Source of the DNA: Pseudomonadota bacterium | GTDB taxonomy: Bacteria > Pseudomonadota > Gammaproteobacteria > Burkholderiales > Burkholderiaceae_C | Assembly (NCBI GenBank): GCA_041192465.1 | Contig: JBEEMX010000001.1 | Coordinates: 1 to 39,459 of the forward strand | Direction of reading: 5' to 3' | DNA length: 39,459 nucleotides | Shown: piece by piece, positions 17,995 to 26,424 of the stretch | How positions within the stretch are numbered: the stretch's first letter is position 1 | Layout of the letters: each line of letters opens with the position of its first letter | The notes under the pieces: generated by a model | Databases searched by the model: none | Seen by the model: the letters and a program-made list of their open reading frames with translations, nothing else | Told to the model about the DNA's origin: nothing | Made by a program: the position numbers and the translations under genes

Positions 17995-19299
17995 TCATTC
18001 GGTCGTCCCTTCTTCGTCACCGGTGCGGCTCGCCAGCACCTTGTCGACGCGCTTGCCGTCCAGATCGACCACCTCGAAGCGCCAGCCCGCCCATTCGACT
18101 GCATCGGTGGTCTGCGGCAGGCGCCCGAGCAGCAGCATCACCATGCCGGCCAGCGTGTTGTAGCGCCCACGGTCCTCGTCGGGCAGTTGTTTCAGGCCGA
18201 GGCGGTCCTTGAGTTCGGGCACGGGGATCATGCCGTCCACCAGCCACGAGCCATCCTCGCGCTGCACGGCCCAGGCGTCTTCGGCCAGATGCGGCGTGAA
18301 CTCGCCCGTGATGGCTTCGAGCACGTCGCGCAGCGTGATCACGCCCTGCACCACGCCGTACTCGTCCACCACGAACACCATCTGCACGGGCGAGCCGCGG
18401 AAGTGCTCCAGCAGCTCCATGCCCGACAGCGTTTCCGGCACGAACACGGGCGGCTGCATCGAGTCGGTGAGCGAGATTTCCCGGCTGGCGGCGAGCTGCA
18501 TCAGCAACTGGTGCGCCGTCACGACCCCCAGCACCTCGTCCAGCCCGCCGCGGCAGACCGGATAGCGCGAGTGGCCGTGTTCGGTCAGCCCGGCCAGAAT
18601 GTCCTCGCGGCTGGCCGAGACCTCCAGCCAGGCGATGTCCCCGCGCGGGATCATCATCGAGCCGATCTGGCGGTCGTCGAGGCGGAAGACGTTGCGCACC
18701 ATCTGGTGCTCGTGCGCCTCGATCACACCGGCGTCCAGCCCTTCTTCGAGGCTGGCGGCGATTTCCTCTTCGGTCACGCCGCGGTTGGTGCTTTCGCGCA
18801 CCCCCAGCAGGCTGAGCACCGCCTGCGTGGTGCCGGCCAGCAATTTGACGAACGGACCCGCGGCGACCGACAGGCCGCGCATCGGGCGCGCGACCAGGCG
18901 GGCCACCGTCTCCGGGTACATCTGGCCGACCCGCTTGGGCACCAGCTCGCCGAAGATGATCGTCATGAACGTGATCAGCGCGACCACAAGGCCGGTGCCC
19001 ATGACCTCGGCCACGCTGGCCTTGATTGGCAGATTCGCCAGCAGCCAGGCAGCCACCGGGCCGGAAAAAGCCGCTTCACCGACGATACCGTTGAGCACGC
19101 CGATCGAGGTGATGCCGATCTGCACCGTGGAGAGGAACTGGGTCGGGCTGCTCTGCAGGGCGAGTGCGGCGCGGGCGCCCGCGTCTCCTGTCTCGGCCAT
19201 CACCTGCAGCCGCGCCTTGCGGCTGGCTGTCAGGGACATCTCCGACATGGCGAAGATGCCATTGATCACGATCAGCACAAAGAGAAGAGCTAGGTCCAT
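17995..19299 (-). CDS. Hemolysin-family HlyC/CorC protein (CNNM/DUF21 + CBS pair + CorC domain)
   Basis: NGIFAMSEMSL, FLSTVQIGIT, IFGELVPK, MMIPRGDI, HSRYPV, VVDEYG, YNTLAG, FEVVDLDGKRVDKV. Confidence 0.93.
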   Translation of the reverse strand: MDLALLFVLIVINGIFAMSEMSLTASRKARLQVMAETGDAGARAALALQSSPTQFLSTVQIGITSIGVLNGIVGEAAFSGPVAAWLLANLPIKASVAEVMGTGLVVALITFMTIIFGELVPKRVGQMYPETVARLVARPMRGLSVAAGPFVKLLAGTTQAVLSLLGVRESTNRGVTEEEIAASLEEGLDAGVIEAHEHQMVRNVFRLDDRQIGSMMIPRGDIAWLEVSASREDILAGLTEHGHSRYPVCRGGLDEVLGVVTAHQLLMQLAASREISLTDSMQPPVFVPETLSGMELLEHFRGSPVQMVFVVDEYGVVQGVITLRDVLEAITGEFTPHLAEDAWAVQREDGSWLVDGMIPVPELKDRLGLKQLPDEDRGRYNTLAGMVMLLLGRLPQTTDAVEWAGWRFEVVDLDGKRVDKVLASRTGDEEGTTE

Positions 19300-19363
19300 A
19301 AAGGGCACGAAACAGCGTCCGCGCCGGCAGTTGAGGCGCGAAGAGCGTAGCAGAATCCGCGCC

Positions 19364-20185
19364 ATGAACTACCTGATCGGCGATCTGCAAGGCTGCTGTG
19401 ACGCTTTTGAGCGACTGTTGGCCACCCTCGATTTCTCGCCTTCGCGCGACCGGATCTTCCTGCTGGGCGATCTGGTCAACCGGGGGCCGTGTTCGCTGCA
19501 GGTGCTGGAGCGGCTGGCCGGGTTCGGGGACGCCGCTACCTGCCTGCTAGGCAACCATGACCTGCACTTGCTGGCCGTCGCCCATGGCGTGCGGCGCGCG
19601 CACCGCAGCGATACGCTGGACGAGATCCTGGCCAGCCCGCGGCGTGACCACTGGCTGGATTGGCTGCGCCAGCAGCGGCTGGCCGTGCAGGAACACGGCT
19701 GGCTGATGGTGCATGCCGGCGTGGCACCGCAGTGGAGTGCCGCGCAGACTCTGGCGCTGGCAGCGGAGGTCGAGTCCCTGCTGCGCGGCGCCGATCTGAC
19801 AGCGTTTCTGCAGGTCATGTTCGGCAACGACCCCGCCCGCTGGGACGACACGCTGCAGGGACCGGATCGCTGGCGCTTTGCCATCAACGTGCTGACGCGC
19901 ATCCGCTTCTGCGAGGCCGATGGCACGCTGGATTTCAAGCGCAAGGAGAGCGCAGAGGCTGCACCACCCCGCCTGATGCCCTGGTTCGACGTGCCCGGCC
20001 GGCGCACCGCCGATACGCCGATCGCCTTCGGTCACTGGTCCACGCTGGGCGCGCTGGACCGCCCCGACCTGCTCGCGCTCGACACCGGCTGTGTCTGGGG
20101 TGGTCGCCTGACCGCTGCGCGGGTGGACGGCGGGCGGCGTGAACTGGTCAGCGTAGGCTGCCCGCAGGCGATGGCGCCACTCTGA
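19364..20185 (+). CDS. apaH: Symmetrical bis(5'-nucleosyl)-tetraphosphatase
   Basis: Metallophosphoesterase motifs IGDLQGC, GDLVNRGP, LGNHDLHLL, VHAG, LTRIRFC, FGHWS, LDTGCVWGG. Confidence 0.95.
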   Translation: MNYLIGDLQGCCDAFERLLATLDFSPSRDRIFLLGDLVNRGPCSLQVLERLAGFGDAATCLLGNHDLHLLAVAHGVRRAHRSDTLDEILASPRRDHWLDWLRQQRLAVQEHGWLMVHAGVAPQWSAAQTLALAAEVESLLRGADLTAFLQVMFGNDPARWDDTLQGPDRWRFAINVLTRIRFCEADGTLDFKRKESAEAAPPRLMPWFDVPGRRTADTPIAFGHWSTLGALDRPDLLALDTGCVWGGRLTAARVDGGRRELVSVGCPQAMAPL

Positions 20186-20190
20186 AGTTC

Positions 20191-20207
20191 TGCCACAATG
20201 GCGCCCC
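20191..20207 (+). promoter_or_regulatory. Putative tRNA promoter (extended -10 plus GC-rich discriminator)
   Basis: TGcCACAAT followed by GGCGCCCC just before the tRNA 5' end, as is typical of stable-RNA promoters. Confidence 0.45.
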
Positions 20208-20211
20208 TACA

Positions 20212-20301
20212 GGAAGCGTGGCCGAGCGGTTGAAGGCACTAGTCTTGAAAACTAGCGATGGGGTGACCTATCCGTGGGTTCGAATCCCACCGCTTCCGCC
20301 A
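20212..20301 (+). tRNA. tRNA-Ser (anticodon TGA)
   Basis: Acceptor stem GGAAGCG/CGCTTCC, discriminator G and encoded CCA; D-loop GG; anticodon arm CTAGT-CTTGAAA-ACTAG; long variable arm; T arm GTGGG-TTCGAAT-CCCAC; 90 nt. Confidence 0.98.
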
Positions 20302-20327
20302 GAGGTCCATGGGCTTTGTTGCGAAAA

Positions 20328-20351
20328 TCAGCCGAAGCTGAGTATTTCCTT
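20328..20351 (+). terminator. Possible weak intrinsic terminator after tRNA-Ser
   Basis: TCAGC-CGAA-GCTGA hairpin followed by GTATTTCCTT. Confidence 0.3.
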
Positions 20352-20769
20352 GCCCGGACGGGGATATGCCCCGGACCACAGGTGGTGCCCCCAGCAGGTG
20401 CGGCACACGTCGGTGCATCGTGCCCAAGCCCGCACGCACCCGCTCGAAGCGTCCATTCAGACTGTAATTTTCATTTCAGGACGTGCTGCCACAGCCTGCG
20501 TCCTGTTCTGATTTCAATTCAGATAAAAGCAGAAACTGGAGTCACGGACCGATGGCTCACCGACTGAAACTCAGTCGTGACAGCTTGCCGTGCAGACTTA
20601 ACGTGACCTCCGGGATTGCGCCCTGCCCCTCTAATCTGGGGACTCAAGCCACAGGTTTGAGCCGCTAAACTGCGACCGGTTTTACCCGTTTATCACCTCT
20701 TTCATTGCGAGTGCCGGCCCGTACGCAAATCGGATTCGGCAATCCACTCGCCTCCGGAGTATGCAAGTC

Positions 20770-21759
20770 ATGAAGTCGCCCCTGTTCAGTTCCACCGCCC
20801 GTCTGCGTGCATCACTCGCCCTGGGCGTGGTCGCCACAGCCACCTTGCTCGTCGCCTGCGGCGGCGGAGATGGCGACAAGAAGGGCTCCACCCAGGTGGC
20901 CGCCAAGGTCAACTCTGGCGAAATCTCGGTACACCAAGTGAACTTCGTGCTACAGCGTCAGCAGGGCCTGAAGCCTGAGCAGGCGCAGGCCGTGAGCCGG
21001 CGCGTGCTGGAGGGCCTCGTGGACCAGGAACTCGCCGTTCAGCAGGCCGTGGAGCAGAAGCTCGACCGTGACCCCCGCATCGTTTCAGCCATCGATGCAG
21101 CTCGCCGGGACATCCTCTCGCGGGCCTATGCCGACCGCATTGCCGAAGCCGCTGCGGCCCCGACGCCTGAAGACATCAAGGGCTACTACGACAGCAAACC
21201 AGCCCTGTTCTCCAAGCGCCGCATCTACGGTCTGCAGGAGTTCAACATCGAGGCCAGCGCCGAGCAGAAGACCGCACTCCAGGCCAAGATCCCGACCTTG
21301 CGCAGTGCCGATGAACTCGCGAGCGCACTCAAAGCCACCAACATTCGCTTCGCGACACGCAACGTATCGCAAGCACCAGAAAACATCCCGATGGGCTTCC
21401 TGGAGCAGCTGTCCAAGCTCAGCGAAGGCCAGTGGATCGTGGTCGCGACGCCGACCGGCCTGAACGCCGCGCTGGTCGCATCGGCCAAGCCCGCGCCGGT
21501 CACCGAAGACGCAGCCAAGAAAGCGATCGAACAGTTCCTTCTGAGCGATCGCAAGCGCAAACTGGTCACCGACGGGATCAAGGCACTGCGCGGATCTGCC
21601 AAGATCGAGTACGTCGGCCAGTTCGCTGCAGCCGCCTCGGCCCCCGCCGACGTCGGCGGTGCCGTCGAAGCACCCACCGTAGCGCCGACGCCACCGGCCG
21701 GCGCTTCCGATGCGCTGGACGCCTCCGCCCTCCAAAAAGGTCTTTCAGGTCTGAAGTAA
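20770..21759 (+). CDS. epsD: EpsD-family peptidyl-prolyl isomerase-like lipoprotein (exosortase B EPS locus)
   Basis: Lipobox LLVACGGG; TQVAAKVNSGEISVHQVN; LVDQELAVQQA...KLDRDP; LFSKRRIY; AKIEYVG. GGAG lies 10 nt before ATG 20770; ATG 20761 is an alternative start. Confidence 0.85.
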   Translation: MKSPLFSSTARLRASLALGVVATATLLVACGGGDGDKKGSTQVAAKVNSGEISVHQVNFVLQRQQGLKPEQAQAVSRRVLEGLVDQELAVQQAVEQKLDRDPRIVSAIDAARRDILSRAYADRIAEAAAAPTPEDIKGYYDSKPALFSKRRIYGLQEFNIEASAEQKTALQAKIPTLRSADELASALKATNIRFATRNVSQAPENIPMGFLEQLSKLSEGQWIVVATPTGLNAALVASAKPAPVTEDAAKKAIEQFLLSDRKRKLVTDGIKALRGSAKIEYVGQFAAAASAPADVGGAVEAPTVAPTPPAGASDALDASALQKGLSGLK

Positions 21760-21762
21760 CCC

Positions 21763-22608
21763 ATGATGCTCACGCTAAACACAACCCCGTCCCTCTCCGC
21801 ACGCCTGTTCCGGCGTGTGCTGTTCGCCTTCCTGACTCTGCTGGCCCCGGTGCTGTCCTGGGCCCAGGTGTCCGATGCCCAGCGTGACTACGTGCTGGGT
21901 GCGGGCGACGTGGTCCGCGTGAGCGTCTACCAGAATGCCGACCTGACGCTGGAAACCCGTGTCGCCGAAAGCGGCATCATCAGCTTCCCGCTGCTTGGTC
22001 AGATCAAACTCGGCGGGCTGTCGGTACCCAAGGCCGAAAAGGTCATCGCTGACGGCTTGCGCAACGGCAACTTCGTGCGTCAGCCGCAGGTGAGCATCCT
22101 GGTGATGCAGGTTCGCGGCAACCAAGCCTCGGTCCTCGGCATGGTCAACCGCCCAGGGCGTTACCCGATTGAGCTGACGGGCATGCGTCTGAGCGAACTG
22201 CTGGCCACCGCTGGCGGTGTTGCTCCGGGCGGCAGCGATCTGGTCACGCTCAGCGGCATGCGCGACAACCGCACCTTCCGCGTGGTGATCGACCTGCCAA
22301 ATCTGTTCGCCGCTTCGACCAAATCCAATGACCCGGTGATCATCAATGGGGACACGGTCTACGTCGATCGCATGCCAATGGTCTATATCTACGGTGAAGT
22401 GCAGCGCCCGGGTGCCATGCGCCTCGAACGTGACATGACGGTCATCCAGGCACTGGCCACTGGGGGCGGACTGACGCAGCGCGGCACGGAAAAGGGTTTG
22501 CGTGTCCATCGTCGCAGCGCCGACGGCAAGGTGGAGATTCTCCAGCCCGGCATGAACGACCCGATGAAGGATGGCGACGTGATCTACGTGCGGGAAAGCT
22601 TGTTCTGA
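21763..22608 (+). CDS. epsE: Polysaccharide export protein EpsE (Wza/OPX-like, SLBB domains)
   Basis: DYVLGAGDVVRVSVY, GIISFPLLGQI, VLGMVNRPGRYP, YIYGEVQRPG, GDVIYVRESLF. Confidence 0.9.
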   Translation: MMLTLNTTPSLSARLFRRVLFAFLTLLAPVLSWAQVSDAQRDYVLGAGDVVRVSVYQNADLTLETRVAESGIISFPLLGQIKLGGLSVPKAEKVIADGLRNGNFVRQPQVSILVMQVRGNQASVLGMVNRPGRYPIELTGMRLSELLATAGGVAPGGSDLVTLSGMRDNRTFRVVIDLPNLFAASTKSNDPVIINGDTVYVDRMPMVYIYGEVQRPGAMRLERDMTVIQALATGGGLTQRGTEKGLRVHRRSADGKVEILQPGMNDPMKDGDVIYVRESLF

Positions 22609-22620
22609 TACCGCGGTCCA

Positions 22621-22665
22621 AAATCCCAAGAACTTGGCGCCTAGTGCAAAACGTTCTTGGGATTT
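22621..22665. terminator. Long intergenic hairpin between epsE and epsF (terminator, attenuator or mRNA stabiliser)
   Basis: Perfect 13-bp inverted repeat AAATCCCAAGAAC / GTTCTTGGGATTT around a 19-nt, partly pairable centre; only a short U-run. Confidence 0.4.
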
Positions 22666-22744
22666 CCGAGCCCATGAATTGCTATTTCAGCAAGACACCG
22701 TGCTCCTCTGAAATGCACCATCTATCTATCAGGTGTGATTACTC

Positions 22745-24145
22745 ATGACCATTGCGCAACTATTGTCGATATTAAAAGCGCGCTGGATTTCAGCGGTTGC
22801 CATATTAGTACTGACCATCAGCACCACGATAGGCGTCAGCCTGCTGCTGCCCAAAAGCTACACCGCAACCACAACAGTGGTTCTCGATGGTCGATCGGTT
22901 GATCCTGTGGCCGGGACACCCAACATGACGTCGCCCGCGTTCATGGCGACCCAAGTTGACATCATCACCAGCGACAGAGTCGCACAGCAAGTTGTCAGCA
23001 AACTGCGACTCACAGAAAATCCAGCCTTGCGCCAACGCTGGACAGAAGAAACTGATCGCAAAGGAAGTTTTGATGCTTGGGTCGTCGAGTTATTCAAAAA
23101 ACGGTTGTCCGTGAAACCTGCCAGAGAGAGCAGCGTACTCACAATCAGTTACTCCAGCCCTGAGCCAAGGTTTGCAAGCACGATCGCAAACACTTTTGCG
23201 CAATCCTATATCGATGTCAGCAGCGGACTACGCTCGTCTCCGGCCAAACAATACAGCGAGTTTTTTGATGCCCGCGGCAAGGATTTGCGGGCATCCGTTG
23301 AGCGCGCCCAAGCTAAGCTTTCCGAATTTCAGAAAACCAATGGACTTCTGAATACTGATGAGAGATTCGACATCGAGACGCAGCGCCTCAATGAACTCAA
23401 TTCGCAACTTGTCATCTTGCAAGCCATAGCCATTGAATCCTCCAGCAGGAAAAATGAGGCCAGAACGTCCGGTGATCAGATACCAGATGTGATCAACAGC
23501 GGGTTGGTCTCGTCATTGCGAACGGACCTGGTACGCCAAGAAAGCCGCCTGAATGAAATAAGATCCAAATTCGGAGACGAACACCCACAGGTCAAGGAAC
23601 TGCGCGCCAGCCTCTCAGAGCTGCAGCGCCGCCTGGATTCTGAAACCAACAGAATAACGGGAAGTGTCGGCGTATCCAACAACATCAACAAGCACAGGGA
23701 AAGCGAAATTCGTGCGTCGCTTGATGCGCAGCGGGCCAAGGTCTTGAAGCTCAAAGCTCAGCGCGATGAAGCGATGGTCTTGCAGCGCGAGGCAGAGACT
23801 GCGCAACGCGCCTATGAGCAAATAACAATGCGTTTCAATCAATCAACGCTTGAAAGTCAATTAACACAAACGAATATATCAATACTATCATCAGCAACAG
23901 AACCAAATGAGCCATCTTCGCCAAACATCACAATAAATTCAATCATTGGGATCGCCGCAGGAATACTTCTCGGCATCACCACCTCAATAACAAGAGAAGC
24001 TTTAGACAAAAAAATCAGAACACTCGACGATATTTCCCCAAGACTGGATATACCAGTTATTGGTTACCTACCAAAGCCAGTCAAAATAAACAGGAAATCA
24101 ATCAGCAAAAATGTGCCGATTCACAGCGTTCGCAGCATACATTAA
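22745..24145 (+). CDS. epsF: Chain-length determinant EpsF (polysaccharide co-polymerase, Wzc membrane part)
   Basis: Two TM helices flanking coiled coils; LLPKSYTAT, FMATQVDIITSDRVA, ESSVLTISY, DEHPQV, PSSPN, IPVIGYLP. Confidence 0.88.
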   Translation: MTIAQLLSILKARWISAVAILVLTISTTIGVSLLLPKSYTATTTVVLDGRSVDPVAGTPNMTSPAFMATQVDIITSDRVAQQVVSKLRLTENPALRQRWTEETDRKGSFDAWVVELFKKRLSVKPARESSVLTISYSSPEPRFASTIANTFAQSYIDVSSGLRSSPAKQYSEFFDARGKDLRASVERAQAKLSEFQKTNGLLNTDERFDIETQRLNELNSQLVILQAIAIESSSRKNEARTSGDQIPDVINSGLVSSLRTDLVRQESRLNEIRSKFGDEHPQVKELRASLSELQRRLDSETNRITGSVGVSNNINKHRESEIRASLDAQRAKVLKLKAQRDEAMVLQREAETAQRAYEQITMRFNQSTLESQLTQTNISILSSATEPNEPSSPNITINSIIGIAAGILLGITTSITREALDKKIRTLDDISPRLDIPVIGYLPKPVKINRKSISKNVPIHSVRSIH

Positions 24146-24149
24146 ATAA

Positions 24150-25382
24150 ATGTCCCCAACAGCATTCTGGGTGAAAATTGGCGCGCCAAAAAACCCAAAA
24201 ATAATACTAAAGTACATTTCAGCAATACCGCTAATTGCAGTCGCTACTTTTTTTTATATAAGATTTCCAGTCGCCGTCATCCTTATTGCATTAATAATCT
24301 CCACGACACTAGTAGGAAGTGATTCTGCAGCAAAGTATCTAACAGTTATAATACTGACATCCATATTATCATGGATAAATTCAGGAAAATATCTCTCTGG
24401 CGACTTGACGTGGTACTATGACCATTTTATATTATTAAATAAAATACCATTAACGAGTTACCTCGGTAGCACAGTCAATCAATTCACAATAAAAGCAAGG
24501 GAGCCATTTTATTACACTGTTTCATTTATAATATCTAGGCTATCAAATGGTAATTTAATTTTTCTAAATTTATTTATTACAGCATGGCTGTATTTATTAA
24601 CAGGTATATCATTTTCAAAAATTGTGAGCTCCGCGAACCTGCCTCGCGTGCGCGCAATGGCCGCAGTGATCGCAGCAATGTTGACAGGTGTCACTTTTTC
24701 GCTCACAACACATCTGGTGCGCCAAGAATTTGCTGCCGCAGCTTTGCTTTGCTGTGCAGTTTCTTTATTTTATAACCATAAAAAATTAGTCTTAATTTTT
24801 GGTCTTATATCAGCCACCAGTCACGAATCAGCCTATATACCACTTTCCTGTTTATTTATAGGATTTTATTTTACTAAGTTCAAAAATCCGTCAAAAAAAT
24901 TAAATCTGATATTTTTTATTACATTTTTATTAATTTTTCTCGGTGCCGGTCTATACTATTCAAATAGTATAGCATTTGATAGCCCTTATCAGAGAATTCG
25001 CAGCGATGGCGAAATAAGTCTGGCCGTCATGCTGCTGGATGCAGCACTATATACCATAGTAATACTTCACGCGCTTCACACCAAAAATCAATGCATCAAG
25101 AATGTCGCATTGATCGTGGCATTATATTTTGCATTTTTAATAGGCGTATCAGCAAGTCCTCTTCCATTTCTACGCATGTACTTCTACATTGATATTGTTC
25201 GGGGGTGCGAGGTAGCCTATATATCAATAATACTACTGCGATCAAGTTATGGTATATTATTTATTGCCCCCGTTGTAATAATATCAACGCTATACGCAGA
25301 GTTACGAATAATAAGTTCAGGATTTTATTACTATGGTGGCGGCATAATAAATCATTTACTTCTTCCTGTGTTTTTTATGTAA
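24150..25382 (+). CDS. AT-rich multi-pass membrane protein, probable Wzy-type polymerase (Pfam 'EpsG' family-like)
   Basis: 410 aa with many hydrophobic segments; motifs GDLTWYY, REPFY, LVRQEFA and SHESA resemble the D..Y / EP / RQ..A / H.Sa pattern of that family. Confidence 0.6.
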   Translation: MSPTAFWVKIGAPKNPKIILKYISAIPLIAVATFFYIRFPVAVILIALIISTTLVGSDSAAKYLTVIILTSILSWINSGKYLSGDLTWYYDHFILLNKIPLTSYLGSTVNQFTIKAREPFYYTVSFIISRLSNGNLIFLNLFITAWLYLLTGISFSKIVSSANLPRVRAMAAVIAAMLTGVTFSLTTHLVRQEFAAAALLCCAVSLFYNHKKLVLIFGLISATSHESAYIPLSCLFIGFYFTKFKNPSKKLNLIFFITFLLIFLGAGLYYSNSIAFDSPYQRIRSDGEISLAVMLLDAALYTIVILHALHTKNQCIKNVALIVALYFAFLIGVSASPLPFLRMYFYIDIVRGCEVAYISIILLRSSYGILFIAPVVIISTLYAELRIISSGFYYYGGGIINHLLLPVFFM

Positions 25383-25440
25383 ATTAACCGCGCATCGAAA
25401 TCGCCCTGCAAATCCACCAATAAAATTAACTGGAAAAAAA

Positions 25441-26355
25441 ATGCCATTACCCCTTTCATCCGAAGCAAGAAATAAATTCAATTCCGGGGTTGAGAATTTT
25501 GATGTAGAAGCATCGGACAATAAGGATCAAAGCATCGGTCAACTAATAAAAAATAATAACAAACTAACTTCCGAACAATTAAGTGAAATACTTGATTTTC
25601 AAAAACAAAATAATTTAAAATTTGGTGAATCCGCCGTAAAACTCGGCTATGCAAGCGATGCAGACATCGTATTCGCTCTCAGTCAGCAATTTAGTTATCC
25701 GTATACACCTGAAAATAATAGCACTCACCATTCTGAATTAGTAGTTGCCTCGCAACCATTTGGAAAACAAGCCGAATCATTTCGAGCAATACGAAGTCAA
25801 CTGATGATGCGGGTATTCAACCCACAGGAGCCAAAAAGAGCTTTGGCCATTACAAGCCCACGCCAAGGTGAAGGGCGGACTTTTTTAACTGCAAATCTTG
25901 GCATAGTTTTGGCGCAATTGGGAGGAAGAACACTCATTGTGGATGGAAATTTGCGGCATCCACGTTTGCATGAACTATTTTCAATACCAAATACTTCCGG
26001 GCTAACTGGCATTCTGAGTGGCAGGCAAGAGGAAAACGTCATTTATCAAGCAGCGGATATCCCGAGCTTGTTCGTAATGCCTGTAGGAATAACACCGCCA
26101 AATCCACTAGAACTGCTTGAACGCCCAGCATTTCGTTTACTCATCGGTGAACTATTGCGGAAATTCGATCATGTCCTCATCGATACACCGGCCGGAAGCA
26201 CCAGCAGCGATGCCTTTGTGATAGCGGCTCGCTGCGGTGCGGCATTGACTCTTGCCAGAAGGCACAAAACCGGTGCGGACGAGCTGGCAAATTTTACTGC
26301 TCAGTTGAAAGAAACCACGGCAAAACTAACTGGCATCATTGTGAACGAATTTTAA
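25441..26355 (+). CDS. epsG: Chain-length determinant tyrosine-kinase-like protein EpsG with N-terminal MshEN-like motif
   Basis: AESFRAIRSQL, AITSPRQGEGRT, TLIVDGNLRHP, PPNPLELL, Walker B VLIDTP. Confidence 0.88.
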   Translation: MPLPLSSEARNKFNSGVENFDVEASDNKDQSIGQLIKNNNKLTSEQLSEILDFQKQNNLKFGESAVKLGYASDADIVFALSQQFSYPYTPENNSTHHSELVVASQPFGKQAESFRAIRSQLMMRVFNPQEPKRALAITSPRQGEGRTFLTANLGIVLAQLGGRTLIVDGNLRHPRLHELFSIPNTSGLTGILSGRQEENVIYQAADIPSLFVMPVGITPPNPLELLERPAFRLLIGELLRKFDHVLIDTPAGSTSSDAFVIAARCGAALTLARRHKTGADELANFTAQLKETTAKLTGIIVNEF

Positions 26356-26424
26356 TTCGTGGAATATTCAGTCCAATCACAAGCTAGCGTGCAGCAATAA
26401 AAATAAGCTTCTATCCACATAAAT

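Noticed and set aside
18599-19363. Extended N-terminus of the apaH ORF
   Set aside because: Overlaps the opposite-strand CorC gene; ApaH homology starts at 19364.
20218-20668. Small ORFs over and after the tRNA
   Set aside because: They overlap tRNA-Ser or lack an RBS and motifs; no support as proteins.
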